Virus record (IMG/VR): IMGVR_UViG_2934543808_000001
Coordinates: 32,001-96,000 of that record
DNA from: a virus
Lineage: Duplodnaviria; Caudoviricetes
DNA: 64,000 nt
Strand: one strand, 5' to 3'
The notes beneath the pieces are model-generated. The model saw nothing but the letters and a program-made list of their open reading frames with translations, had not been told where the DNA came from and searched no databases. Shown piece by piece: positions 19,217 through 29,322 of this stretch. The position numbers and the translations under genes were made by a program. Each line of letters opens with the position of its first letter. Position 1 is the stretch's first letter.

Positions 19217-19556
19217 ACGCTCGTGGGCGCGCGCGCAGCTCCTGTTGCGCGCGGACGCCCTCCGGTACGAACTCGCCCGGCGGCTGCGCGGCGCTGTCGA
19301 AGCCGACGGGGCGGTCGAGACCCGGCACGTCCGGGCCGTTGTGACCGTCCACGCGGTGCGCGCCGGCGCGGTGCGGGTGACCGTCCGTCGCCACGACCGC
19401 GCTCGTCCGCCGGTGACCGTCGAGATGCCTGCGGACGGGATCGACGTCCGCGCCCTGGTCGCGGTCGCCCGCGTCGTCTCCCGGACACCGTGGCGGGCCC
19501 TGCTCGCCGCCGTCCGCCCCCGCTTCCCCTTCCCCCTTCGCAGAGATCAGGAGTGA
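19209..19556 (+). CDS. Basic hypothetical protein
   Basis: Fills the operon gap and overlaps the previous stop. Confidence 0.45.
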   Translation: MGERSWARAQLLLRADALRYELARRLRGAVEADGAVETRHVRAVVTVHAVRAGAVRVTVRRHDRARPPVTVEMPADGIDVRALVAVARVVSRTPWRALLAAVRPRFPFPLRRDQE

Positions 19557-19561
19557 TCCTC

Positions 19562-20620
19562 ATGACCAGCACCACCCCGCACGCCATCCGGTCCGTACGG
19601 CTCGCCGCCCGGGTGACGACGCTGCTCGCCAGCATCTTCCCGGAGGCCGGGCCGGACCTGGCCGAGGGCTTCCGCGTCATGTCGCACGACCAGCAGGAGC
19701 CGCGTCGGATGTTCGTCCGCTGGTACGGCGCCGAGCCGCCCCGCCCGATGGCGCTGGGCGTCGTCGCCTACCGGGTGCGGATCGCCGAGGCCCTGACGCG
19801 CGCCGGGTACGCGGTGACGCTGCCTCCGGACGGCTGGGACGTCTATGTGGACGACCGGCCGGTCGACACTTCCGGGCCCCGGTACTCGGTCGTGTCGTCC
19901 AGCCTGCCGTTCGGTGACCAGTGGTTGGTCATGGACCAGTGGACGCGGGTGCACACGGCCACCGCGGCGACCGAGGAGGAAGCGAAGGACGAAGCAGCGC
20001 ACCGCGAGCGGCGGCACGTGCTGACGGACGCCCGGCTCGTCACCGTCTCCGACCCCGACCTGTGGCCGCACCTGGAGCGCGCGGACGAGCTGCTCGGCGA
20101 CGGCCTGACGTGGCTGCGGCAGGAGGTGCACGACGTGACCCGGTACGGGGACCTCGTGGAGCACGAGCGGATAGACGCCCTGGTGCAGACGGCGAACGCG
20201 CTGCGGGCCGGCCGCGAGGTGGCCCAGCAGGGCCGCATGGTGACGTGGCGCGCGCCGGAGCGGTACGAGGTGCGTTGGGTGCCGAAGAGCAGTACCCCGA
20301 CCGTCGGGTACTTCCCCGGGTTCCAGCGGGGCCCGGTGCAGGACGACGCGATTGCGGTGCTGGTCGCGGCGGGGCTGCGCATGGTGGTCTACGGCGAGCC
20401 GATCGGCGAAGGCGCGTGGCAGTGCGAGCAGAACGGCGTGATGGTGACGGCGGCCGAGCCGACCGGCGAGCGGGCCGCCGGGGTGTCCGTGGACGCGATC
20501 GGGCGGGGGATGGAGGAGCAGACGGAGCGCGTGCCGGAGGTGCTGCGCGCGGCCGGCTGGACGGTCGCGGCTGACCGGGGCTGGACCGGTGCGTGGGCGG
20601 CGTTCCCGCCGGCGGGGTAG
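19562..20620 (+). CDS. Hypothetical protein
   Basis: AGGAG RBS; 352 aa. Confidence 0.65.
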   Translation: MTSTTPHAIRSVRLAARVTTLLASIFPEAGPDLAEGFRVMSHDQQEPRRMFVRWYGAEPPRPMALGVVAYRVRIAEALTRAGYAVTLPPDGWDVYVDDRPVDTSGPRYSVVSSSLPFGDQWLVMDQWTRVHTATAATEEEAKDEAAHRERRHVLTDARLVTVSDPDLWPHLERADELLGDGLTWLRQEVHDVTRYGDLVEHERIDALVQTANALRAGREVAQQGRMVTWRAPERYEVRWVPKSSTPTVGYFPGFQRGPVQDDAIAVLVAAGLRMVVYGEPIGEGAWQCEQNGVMVTAAEPTGERAAGVSVDAIGRGMEEQTERVPEVLRAAGWTVAADRGWTGAWAAFPPAG

Positions 20621-20631
20621 TCCAGCAGGGG

Positions 20632-20648
20632 TGTTCCCCGTGGGAACA
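20632..20648. repeat. parS-like palindrome
   Basis: TGTTCCCCGTGGGAACA. Confidence 0.65.
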
Positions 20649-20706
20649 GTTCGGCCCGGCCGGTCCGGGCCCCTGTCCCCACGGCGGACCTGGTGTACAG
20701 TTTTCC

Positions 20707-20764
20707 TTGTTGGACGGCACGAGCGAGCCGGACAACAAACGCTCCGAACCAACCCGAAGGGGAC
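20707..20764 (+). ncRNA. Structured leader E
   Basis: Near-identical to A. Confidence 0.7.
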
Positions 20765-20768
20765 AACT

Positions 20769-21581
20769 GTGTCCGCATCCCTGACCACTCACCAGCCGTT
20801 GACGGCCGCCGCCGTCCTGGAGGCCGCGCGTACCGTGCTCGGCGCCGGCTGGATGACGTTCCCCGCCCACAACGGCCACATCGAGGGCAGTATCCGGTCC
20901 CACCAGGGCCACAAGGTCGTGCTGCGCGGCCTGGCCAGCGGCAACGTCTTCGCCGTGGGCCTCCTGCCCAACGGTGTTCGCCGCGAGAGCAGCACCCGCC
21001 CGCAGGCGCACACCGCCGCCGGGTACGGCAGCGCCCTGGGCGACCTGATCAAGAGCACGCTCGTCCCCGCGCACGACGCCGCCAGCCCGACCCTGCGGGC
21101 CCACCGCGCGGTGACCAAGGTCCTGCCCCACCCGGCCCGGACGCACTGGGAGTACGGCACCGTCACGACGACGTGGGCCCTTCCCGGCGGCGGCCGAGGC
21201 GCGCACTGCGCCGAGCCGCGCGCCGACTTCGCCGAGGGCACGCCCGGCGGCCCCGGCACGGACTCCTACGTCCGCTTGACCGGGCTGACGGCCGAGCAGG
21301 CGACCACGGTGCTGCGCGCCCTCCACACGGGCAACCGCGACCCCCGGCAGCACGAGCCCGTGCACGGCGGTCTCGCCCAGCAGATGAAGGCCGCCGCGCC
21401 CGGACTGCGCCCCATCGACACCTACAACTGGCCCCGCCTCGGCGGCCGGTGCACCACGTCGCTGTGCGTGGACAACCGGGTGAAGGTGGAGCTCCACTAC
21501 GGCGCCCGGCCGAACGTGGCGAACATCGTCGTCACCGGCCCGCTGCTGGCCAACCAGCTCAACGCGGTCACCGCCCTCTGA
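20769..21581 (+). CDS. Hypothetical protein
   Basis: GTG directly behind leader E. Confidence 0.65.
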   Translation: MSASLTTHQPLTAAAVLEAARTVLGAGWMTFPAHNGHIEGSIRSHQGHKVVLRGLASGNVFAVGLLPNGVRRESSTRPQAHTAAGYGSALGDLIKSTLVPAHDAASPTLRAHRAVTKVLPHPARTHWEYGTVTTTWALPGGGRGAHCAEPRADFAEGTPGGPGTDSYVRLTGLTAEQATTVLRALHTGNRDPRQHEPVHGGLAQQMKAAAPGLRPIDTYNWPRLGGRCTTSLCVDNRVKVELHYGARPNVANIVVTGPLLANQLNAVTAL

Positions 21582-21652
21582 TCCGTCCGGCCGCCGCGCC
21601 CCGGGGTGCGGCGGCCGGCCTCCCGCCGCGCCGGACGCGGTGTACACCCTCC

Positions 21653-21707
21653 GTTGCAGGTCGGCACGAGCGAGCCGACCCGCGCAACGCTCCGAACCGA
21701 AGGGGAC
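21653..21707 (+). ncRNA. Structured leader F
   Basis: GGTCGGC-ACGAGCGA-GCCGACC..AACGCTCCG..GAAGGGGAC. Confidence 0.7.
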
Positions 21708-21711
21708 CCCA

Positions 21712-22701
21712 GTGTCCACGCCCGACTTCCTCGCCAACCTGCCCACCGCCCCCCGCCGTCAGGCCCTGCGCATGCTGGAGCGCACCCGCCTCGCCGAAGC
21801 CGTCGAGTACACCGGGCAGGAACGGACCATCGCCCGCAAGGTCGTGCACCGGCTGAACCAGCAGATCGACGCCACCCGGGCCGAACGGGACAAGCTCAAC
21901 TCCTACAGCCTGCTGTACCCGCCGTCCGAGGAGATCGACGCCCAGCGCGCCCGGCTCACCGAGGAGTACGCCCGGCTCATCCGCGAGCACCGGCACGCCT
22001 CGGCGCTCCGGGCCGCCGCCGACGTCGTCCACGAATCCGCGGTGCTCGAACAGGCGTGGGCCAACCGTCCTGACCCGAGCAAGACCGACGGCCGGCTGTT
22101 CGCCAATGTCCTCTGCCCGCCCGTCGGCCGGTTCGTCAACGCCCCCGGCTACACGGTGACCGTGCTCCACCCCGACCCCCACGTCCGGGACCGTCAGCTC
22201 TGGCGGGAGATGCACCACGGCACGGTGAAGCGCAGCCGCGCCCGCTCGATCCTGGAGAAGTGGGCCGAGCGGGACCAGGCGTACATCCTCCGGGACGCGC
22301 ACGGCCGGTTCTACGTGGCCACGCCCACCCAGCGGCTGGAGCTGGTCCCCACCGACATCGCGCCCCCGCACACCGAGGGAGACGCCCTGCGGGCCGCTCT
22401 CGCCGTCTACGGCTTCCCGGCGTACGACGACACCGAAGGCGGCTTCTCGTGGCTGTCCGTGCCGCTGGAGCAGCACGCCTGCCACGAGGAGACGCACGAC
22501 GGCCCGCACTTCCGGATCTCCTCCGGGGAGCGCGCCGACCGGCCCGCGTCCCAGAACGACGAGCGATGGGGCGCCTCCCTCTACGACGCGCTCGGCGAGC
22601 ACGTCACGACGCTCGACGGCGCGCCCGACGGCTCCACCCTCGCCGAGGACTGCGCGTACATCGCCCGCGCCATCGCCGAGTACGCCCCCGCACAGCTCTG
22701 A
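21712..22701 (+). CDS. Hypothetical protein (coiled-coil N-term; C-domain shared with next gene)
   Basis: GTG directly behind leader F. Confidence 0.65.
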   Translation: MSTPDFLANLPTAPRRQALRMLERTRLAEAVEYTGQERTIARKVVHRLNQQIDATRAERDKLNSYSLLYPPSEEIDAQRARLTEEYARLIREHRHASALRAAADVVHESAVLEQAWANRPDPSKTDGRLFANVLCPPVGRFVNAPGYTVTVLHPDPHVRDRQLWREMHHGTVKRSRARSILEKWAERDQAYILRDAHGRFYVATPTQRLELVPTDIAPPHTEGDALRAALAVYGFPAYDDTEGGFSWLSVPLEQHACHEETHDGPHFRISSGERADRPASQNDERWGASLYDALGEHVTTLDGAPDGSTLAEDCAYIARAIAEYAPAQL

Positions 22702-22793
22702 CCCGGAGCGCCACACTGCCCGCCCGCGCCCCGGCACGGGCGGGGAGGTGCGGAACCCCGGTTCCCCCTGTCCCGAACCACCGAGAGGTCACC

Positions 22794-23549
22794 ATGCCCA
22801 CCACCCTCCCCATCGCCCCCGACGACGCGGTGATAGCCGCCTGCAAGGCCATCGGTGTTGCCGCCTTCTTCGACCCCGGGGACCGCGTGGTCTACGCGCA
22901 CCCGACCGACGTACCGCAGTCGGAGGCGCTGAACGGCCTGCACATCATGATTGCCTTCGAGGAGGCGTGGTTCCCCAGCCACGAGGCGCCGCCGGTGCGG
23001 GTGTCCGCCTGGAAGCCGGACGGGTCGCCCGACTTCCACGACCTCGGCACCGTCTACGCCTCGGACGGGGCGTACCCCACCACCGAGGAAGCCGCCCGGT
23101 GCGCACAGGCCGCCGCCGACTGGCTCGCGGGGCGCCTGGCCGGCCTCGTGCTGCTGGAAGCGCTCGCCGAGTACGGCATCACCCCGGGCGACGGCATGTC
23201 CGTCACCTACTCCGGCCACAGCGACACGTACGACGTTCTTCTGCCGCTCCCGCGCGGTGAGTTCGCCCGGCTGGTCGTCGCCGACCGGGACGGCTCCGTC
23301 CGGCACGTCCCTGCCGCGCACACCGGCTGGAGCGTCATGCTGCACGACGAGCGGGGCGACCTGGTCGGGGACCCGGTGTACATCTCCGGCGACGGCACGC
23401 CCCTGGACTGCGCGGAGGACTCGGCCGCCGCCGCGGCGTTCATCGCCGACTTCGTCACCGCCCCCGTCTCCCGGCACTGCGACTGCTACGCCCAGGAGGG
23501 ACACGGGCGGCGCCACGACCGCGAGTGCAACCGGTACCGGCGGCCGTGA
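22794..23549 (+). CDS. Hypothetical protein
   Basis: GAGAGG RBS. Confidence 0.6.
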   Translation: MPTTLPIAPDDAVIAACKAIGVAAFFDPGDRVVYAHPTDVPQSEALNGLHIMIAFEEAWFPSHEAPPVRVSAWKPDGSPDFHDLGTVYASDGAYPTTEEAARCAQAAADWLAGRLAGLVLLEALAEYGITPGDGMSVTYSGHSDTYDVLLPLPRGEFARLVVADRDGSVRHVPAAHTGWSVMLHDERGDLVGDPVYISGDGTPLDCAEDSAAAAAFIADFVTAPVSRHCDCYAQEGHGRRHDRECNRYRRP

Positions 23550-24043
23550 TCGCCCGACTCGCCACCTGGTGGACCGTCGGCGTGGACAGCTTCGCGGGGG
23601 ACAACGGCTACGACGTCGCCGAGGTCCCCCGGGAGCTGATCGGATACGTCACCGCGTCCATCACCGACATCAAGGCGCTCGAAGAGGCCGAAGGGTGGGC
23701 GTACGACGGCGGCATGACCCGCCTCCGGGTCCTCGACGGCCGCGTGCACATGGCGCTCGCCTGGCGCCTGGAGGTCGACCGCGAGGCATGGGCGGCCGTC
23801 CGCGGCCTCGACCCGCACGCCGGCCTCCGCCACGACTTCGCCCAGCACATCGCCCGCGAACTCATCGGCCTGCCCTCCGTGTGCGAGACCGACGCCGCGA
23901 TGACCGCCCGGTACGCCACCGGGCGCGGCACCGTCCACCGCACGTGGACGTGGCAGGACCGCCACCCCGACGCCCGAGGCGACGGACCCCCCATCCACCT
24001 CCCGGCCGTTCCCGGCCGGGTCCACAGGAAGACGAACCCATGA
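23546..24043 (+). CDS. Hypothetical protein
   Basis: GTGA and ATGA couplings on both sides. Confidence 0.55.
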   Translation: MIARLATWWTVGVDSFAGDNGYDVAEVPRELIGYVTASITDIKALEEAEGWAYDGGMTRLRVLDGRVHMALAWRLEVDREAWAAVRGLDPHAGLRHDFAQHIARELIGLPSVCETDAAMTARYATGRGTVHRTWTWQDRHPDARGDGPPIHLPAVPGRVHRKTNP

Positions 24044-25008
24044 CGACGGACCTCTCACCGACCGGTGCGCGCATCCTCCACGCCAACGAGAACGGCATGG
24101 TCGGCGGACACGCGGCGGCGCTCGCCAGGCTCGAAGCCGACGGGCTGGTCGTCCCGCAGCGCGACGAAGGCGGCACCCACTGGATGACCGAGGAGGGGTG
24201 GGCGGCCCTGAACGCCTGGCGCGAGGCGAACCCCGAGCGCGCAGCGGCGCCGGACCTGCCGACGATCCCGCCGAAGCTCCCGGGCAAGCAGCACGACGCG
24301 ATCGTGACCGCCGCCGGACGCCCGGACCAGCGCGTGCCGGGACGCGACGACAACGACGTCTTCGCGGCCGGTGAGGCGTGGTTCCGCGGCCCCACGCTGC
24401 GCGCCGTCCAGGCCGCCGGGTACGCCACCACGTTCGGCCGGTACAGCTCCCTCTACCTCACCCCGGACGGCCGGGCCTACGCCCGGCAGCGCGGCGGCGT
24501 GGACGTGCGCCGCCGACGGCTCGTCATCTGCGCGTGCGGGAACGAGAAGAAGCCGCACCCGGGCTTCAACGAGTACGGCAACGTGAACGCCGGCTACCCG
24601 GCCGGGGAGCTTTACACCGGCCAGTACCACCGGTCCCTGCGGCTCGCGGCCGACGCCCTGACCGACGCCTCCCTGACCCACATCATGTCCGCGCGGCACG
24701 GCCTGGTGGACCTCAAGCGCCCGCTCCTCCCGTACGACGTCACGATCGGCGACGAGGGGGCCGTCACGCCCGCGCGGCTCGCCGAGCACGCCGTGAGCCT
24801 CGGCGTCCACGACGCTGACGTGATCTTCCTCGGTGGCCGGGAGTACGCCGAGCTGCTGCGCCCGGCCATCCCCCACCTGTACGCCCCGCTCGCCGGCGGG
24901 ATGGGCGAGCACCGCGGCTTGTGCAAGCAGGCCCGCGAGGACTCCGCGCTGCGCGAGGCGTGGTGGGCGACGGCCGCCGAGCTGCACGAGACGCAACCCG
25001 CGAAGTGA
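24040..25008 (+). CDS. Protein with C-terminal DUF6884-like domain
   Basis: LVICACG-x-EKK..PAGELYTG..IMSARHGLV..PYD..FLGG. Confidence 0.6.
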   Translation: MTTDLSPTGARILHANENGMVGGHAAALARLEADGLVVPQRDEGGTHWMTEEGWAALNAWREANPERAAAPDLPTIPPKLPGKQHDAIVTAAGRPDQRVPGRDDNDVFAAGEAWFRGPTLRAVQAAGYATTFGRYSSLYLTPDGRAYARQRGGVDVRRRRLVICACGNEKKPHPGFNEYGNVNAGYPAGELYTGQYHRSLRLAADALTDASLTHIMSARHGLVDLKRPLLPYDVTIGDEGAVTPARLAEHAVSLGVHDADVIFLGGREYAELLRPAIPHLYAPLAGGMGEHRGLCKQAREDSALREAWWATAAELHETQPAK

Positions 25009-25100
25009 CGGTTGCCTGTCCCCGCCCGCGCCACCTCGGCCGGGCGGGGGCGGGGAGCCGATCAGTTCCCGGCCCCACCCCCTACGACATCGTGGAGACG

Positions 25101-25859
25101 ATGATGACCACACCCGAGTTCGCCCACTCCACCCCGACGGCCGCGGGGCCGGACGTGGATCTCGACTGCGAGTTCCTGCCCGGCGACCTGACTCCCGCCG
25201 GGCTGGTGTCCATCGGGCTCACCGCCGGCCCCGGGCGCAGCCTGTACGCGGTCAACGCCGACATGGACGTCGCCGAGGTGCTGCGCCACCCGTTCCTGCG
25301 CGAGCACGTGTGGCCGCACCTGCCGCTCACCCCCGACGGGTTCCTCATCCGTAGCCACCCCGACGTCCTCAGCTACCAGGAGATCCGGCAGCGGGTCGGA
25401 GCGTTCTTCGCCGAGCTCGGCGACGACGTCACCCTGTGGGTGTACTGCGGCGCCCAGGACGTGATCCGGCTGCACACGCTCTGGGGCAACGACTGGTCGG
25501 TGATGCCGGACACCGTCCCGCAGTGGGCGGACGACTTGGCCCGCCTGCGCCGGAAGGCCGGCGGCGCGAAGCTGCCGCAGCACCCGGGCCGTCAACACCA
25601 CGCCCTGGAGGACGCCGAGCACCAGCGCCGGGCCCGCGCCTACCTGCGGTCGCTGGCCAGGCAGGCGGCCGACATCCAGCGCTCCGCCGGGGCGGCCCCG
25701 GCGTGGGACGACGAGTGCACGTGCGTCATCAACTGCGCGGAGGACCCGAGGACGGCGTGCTCCCTGTCCGGGCGGCGCCACGTGCACCCGGAGATCCCCG
25801 GCATGCCCGGCGTGTACGGGCCGTGCCCGGAGCACCCGGACGCCCCCGGCGACCACTGA
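25101..25859 (+). CDS. DEDDh 3'-5' exonuclease, Rv2179c/RNase AS-like
   Basis: DLDCEF..LVSIGL..LYAVN..FLREHVWPHL..HHALEDA. Confidence 0.75.
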   Translation: MMTTPEFAHSTPTAAGPDVDLDCEFLPGDLTPAGLVSIGLTAGPGRSLYAVNADMDVAEVLRHPFLREHVWPHLPLTPDGFLIRSHPDVLSYQEIRQRVGAFFAELGDDVTLWVYCGAQDVIRLHTLWGNDWSVMPDTVPQWADDLARLRRKAGGAKLPQHPGRQHHALEDAEHQRRARAYLRSLARQAADIQRSAGAAPAWDDECTCVINCAEDPRTACSLSGRRHVHPEIPGMPGVYGPCPEHPDAPGDH

Positions 25860-25926
25860 GGAGCGGTGTCCGGCGTCCTGCGGCGCTCGGGCATGCTGGT
25901 CGCAACCGACCGAAGGGACACCCGCG

Positions 25927-26403
25927 GTGAAGGCCGAGGACATCCGCCTGAGCTACACCGACCCCATCACCGGGGTGAGGGCGCCGCGTGACGCGGGCCG
26001 GCAGTACGTCGAAGTCGACGGTGTGCTCCTCGTCGTGACGCACGTCTACCGCAGCCGCGGGCTCCCGGACTGGTCCGCCGAGGCGTACACCGATCACCTG
26101 GAGAGCAGGGCCCACCTGGAGTGGGCGAAGGGCGGCAACGCCTTCGGCTTCGCCCACATCCGCCGCCGGGATCTGCTGGCACAGATCGCCGCGTACACCG
26201 AGATCAAGGACTGGGCGGAGAAGCGGGCCGCGTGGCTGGCCGTGCCGCGCGACCGGTGGAGGCCCACACGCCGGTACACCATCGAGCGGCGGGGCGTGGG
26301 GGACTGGTGGGCGGCCCCCAGGTTCCCGGACCGAGACCGGGAACGCGGCCCGTACCTGAGCGAGGAGACGGCTCGCGCCGACCTCGGTGACGCCGCACAG
26401 TAG
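25927..26403 (+). CDS. Hypothetical protein
   Basis: GAAGGGA RBS. Confidence 0.6.
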   Translation: MKAEDIRLSYTDPITGVRAPRDAGRQYVEVDGVLLVVTHVYRSRGLPDWSAEAYTDHLESRAHLEWAKGGNAFGFAHIRRRDLLAQIAAYTEIKDWAEKRAAWLAVPRDRWRPTRRYTIERRGVGDWWAAPRFPDRDRERGPYLSEETARADLGDAAQ

Positions 26404-26414
26404 GACAGCAGCAG

Positions 26415-26449
26415 CGAAGGGCCCCGGTTCATGGAACCGGGGCCCTTCG
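26415..26449. terminator. Perfect hairpin between convergent units
   Basis: CGAAGGGCCCCGGTTC-ATG-GAACCGGGGCCCTTCG (16-bp stem). Confidence 0.75.
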
Positions 26450-26503
26450 GCGTACGGGCACGCCCCGCCTCACCCCCGTGGGGGCCGGGCGCGCCCGGGT
26501 TCA

Positions 26504-28075
26504 TCAGGCCGTGAGCGCAGGCGCCTTGGGAGCGGCGGGCAGGACGGGCGCGAGGAGCTTCGCCACGGAGATCAGCTTCCGGTCCGACAGGTACGGGCCG
26601 ATGATCTGGACCGAGAGCGGCAGGCCCTCGGCGGTCTGGCCCGCGGGCAGGACGATGGACGGCAGGCCGGCCGGGACGGCGAGGTTGATCCATGCCGTCT
26701 GGTCGTAGTAGGAGCGCTTCTCGCCGTCCACGGTGATGTACCGCTGATTGGTCGGCACCGAGGTCTGGTCGAGGACCGCCGCAGTGGGCGCGGCCGGGGT
26801 GACCAGGATGTCGTGGGTGCTGAAGTACTCGGCCCACTTCGCCCGGAGCTTCTGCCGGTCCTCGTCGGCGCGCGACCAGTCCCGGTGCCGCATGGTGCGG
26901 GACTTCAGGTAGAGGGCGCTGGGGTCGTCGTCGGCGACGGCGTCGGCGGCCGTGACTTCGCCGGCGAACGCCTCGTCGGTGGAGGACGCCGCGCTGGTGG
27001 CGTACATGAGGCGGGTGAACAGCTTGTCGCTGGTCGCGAAGTCGACGGGCCGGGCGGAGTCATCGACGGTCGCGCCGGCCTTGCGGAAGGCGGCGGCGAC
27101 CTGGGCGACGAGCTGGCGGGTGGCGGTGTCGACGCGGCAGTAGGCGTCATCGGCCCACAGGCCCACGCGGTACTGGCCGAGGCGGGTCTTGGTGGGGGCG
27201 GGCAGGCAGATGCTCCATGCCGGGTCGTCGGCCGGGGACGGCGCGGCGATGACGTCCAGGAGCAGGTCGAGGTCGGCGGCGTTCCGCGCGATCGGGCCGA
27301 GGGTGATCATGTCGGAGCTGGTGAGCCAACCGGGCGGGCGGGGGATGTGGCCGCGGGTCGGGACGATCGGGGAGGCACCGCGGGAGGTGCGCAGGGCGTA
27401 GACGCCGCAGTACGCGGCCGGGAGGCGCAGCGATCCGGCGAGGTCGGAGCCGACTTCGAGGGAGGACAGGCCCGCGGCGACGGCGGCGGACGGGCCGCCG
27501 GAGGAGCCGCCGGCGGTGCGGTCGTCGGCGAAGGGGTTCTTCGTCTTGCCGAAGATGGGGTTGCTGGTCTGGATGTCCTGGCACATCGTCGGCACGTTGG
27601 TCTTGCCGATGATGATGGCGCCGGCCGCGCGCAGGAGCGCGACGACGTCGGCGTCCGCGGTGGGGACGTGGTCGGTCAGGTCGGGGGACCCGCAGGTGGT
27701 ACGCATGCCCTTGGTCTCCAGGGCGTCCTTCACGGTCATGGGCAGGCCGTGCAGGGGGCCGAGGGGCTTGCCGGTGTCGGCGAGGTGCTTGTCGGCCTGG
27801 TCGGCGGCGGCCCGCGCGCCGTCGGCGTCGAGGGTCACGACCGCGTTCAGGCCGGGGTTCGCCGCGGCGTGGTGCTTCAGGAGCTGGTCGAGGAGGGCAC
27901 GGCTGGATATCTCGCCGTTGCGCAGGGCTGCGACCTGCCTGCGCGCCGAGGCGAGGTGCAGGGTGCCGGTGCCGCCGACGGTGGTGGTCTCGCTCTGGGC
28001 GGCGGTGGCCGCGCGCGGCAGGCCGAGGACGCTGGCAACGGCCGCTGAGGTGGCGAGGAGGCTACGGCGGGACAT
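26504..28075 (-). CDS. Amidase-signature family amidase with Tat-type signal peptide
   Basis: MSRRSLL signal; GPLHGLPMTVKD, GKTNVP, GGSSGG and GSDLAGSLRLPA. Confidence 0.9.
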   Translation of the reverse strand: MSRRSLLATSAAVASVLGLPRAATAAQSETTTVGGTGTLHLASARRQVAALRNGEISSRALLDQLLKHHAAANPGLNAVVTLDADGARAAADQADKHLADTGKPLGPLHGLPMTVKDALETKGMRTTCGSPDLTDHVPTADADVVALLRAAGAIIIGKTNVPTMCQDIQTSNPIFGKTKNPFADDRTAGGSSGGPSAAVAAGLSSLEVGSDLAGSLRLPAAYCGVYALRTSRGASPIVPTRGHIPRPPGWLTSSDMITLGPIARNAADLDLLLDVIAAPSPADDPAWSICLPAPTKTRLGQYRVGLWADDAYCRVDTATRQLVAQVAAAFRKAGATVDDSARPVDFATSDKLFTRLMYATSAASSTDEAFAGEVTAADAVADDDPSALYLKSRTMRHRDWSRADEDRQKLRAKWAEYFSTHDILVTPAAPTAAVLDQTSVPTNQRYITVDGEKRSYYDQTAWINLAVPAGLPSIVLPAGQTAEGLPLSVQIIGPYLSDRKLISVAKLLAPVLPAAPKAPALTA

Positions 28076-29322
28076 CACGTACGGGCTCCATCTGGGGTGC
28101 TGGGGGTGGAGGAATCGGATGGAGTGTCTGGCGGCGCGGGGGAAAAGTACGAAGCGACACGCAGGAGGTGCTTCTGCTCGGCCTTGATCGTGGTGAGCTT
28201 GGGCTTGAGCGGGGCGTCGGCGTACTCGGCCGGCTCGGCGACCGGCTTGCCCTGGGCGTGCAGGACGATCGCGTGGCGCAACTGGTCGGCGGTGACCGCT
28301 GCGGCGAGCCGTGATCCCTTGAGCGGGACGACGAGGAGCCGCCGTTCCCGGCTGCGGCGCGCTTCTGCCTCGGTGCGGACGGCCGGCGAGAGGTAGGGCC
28401 GCAGGGCGACTTGACCGTCGCGTATCTCGGTGCGCTGCCGGATCAGCGGGTAGTGGATGCTCTGCCTGTTGCGCAGGAACTCCCGCTGCGGCGCCTGCTG
28501 TTGGAGGACGATGCTGGGGTCCATGCGCACCATCGCGGCCCACAGCTTGTTCAGCCGGGCGTAGGCGTAGTGCTCCGCCGCGAAGGCGTACGCGGCGCCG
28601 ACCCGGGCCGCGATGATCGGGATGAAGTAGCCGATCTGCGTGAGCGTGGCACCGATGTCGCCGCAGGCCCACGCGAGATCGTTGAGGTGGTCGACGCTGA
28701 ACCCCGCCTCGGCGCCGATGACGGCCGCGAGGCGCTGTCCGCTGTAGACGAGCGTGATGACGGCGCCGACGGTGACCAGGCGCAGGCCGACCGCGATGGA
28801 CCGGGTGGCCGCGGTGCGCGAGTACTTCCAGCAGGACCAGGCGAGGTAGGTCTCCGCCGCGGTGTACGTCCCGAAGTACAGCAGGACGTACGCCTGGTAG
28901 AAGGGGTCGTGCGCGTAGTACATCGCGAAGTCGGTGGGCCGCTGCGAGGCCGGCGTGAGGAGCGCGAAGAGGACGGCCATGCCGATGATGACGGTGACGC
29001 CCGTGATCATCAGGTGGTTGGCGCGGCGGCGCGCTTCCTCCGGGGGCTTGGACCAGTAGGCGAGAACGCCGCCTTGGAGGGCCAGGACCAGGATCACGAA
29101 GCTCTGGGCGATGGGTACGACGATGTTCGTGACGCCGAGCGCCCCGTCGATCCGGACCCACACCCAGGTGATGGAGACGGCGTAGCTGAGGGCTGACGCG
29201 AGGAAGGACCAGGCGAGCGCGACCAGGGCGCGGTCGCGGCGGTCGCGTTTCAGGTCGCGGAGCAGGATGAGGAACCCTGCGCCGGCGATGATCAGGCACA
29301 GGGGGTGGAGGAGGTCTTTCAA
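28075..29322 (-). CDS. MAB_1171c-family multi-pass membrane protein
   Basis: About 6-7 TM helices then L..LW..RTEIRDG..LRPY cytoplasmic domain; typical context. Confidence 0.75.
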   Translation of the reverse strand: MKDLLHPLCLIIAGAGFLILLRDLKRDRRDRALVALAWSFLASALSYAVSITWVWVRIDGALGVTNIVVPIAQSFVILVLALQGGVLAYWSKPPEEARRRANHLMITGVTVIIGMAVLFALLTPASQRPTDFAMYYAHDPFYQAYVLLYFGTYTAAETYLAWSCWKYSRTAATRSIAVGLRLVTVGAVITLVYSGQRLAAVIGAEAGFSVDHLNDLAWACGDIGATLTQIGYFIPIIAARVGAAYAFAAEHYAYARLNKLWAAMVRMDPSIVLQQQAPQREFLRNRQSIHYPLIRQRTEIRDGQVALRPYLSPAVRTEAEARRSRERRLLVVPLKGSRLAAAVTADQLRHAIVLHAQGKPVAEPAEYADAPLKPKLTTIKAEQKHLLRVASYFSPAPPDTPSDSSTPSTPDGART

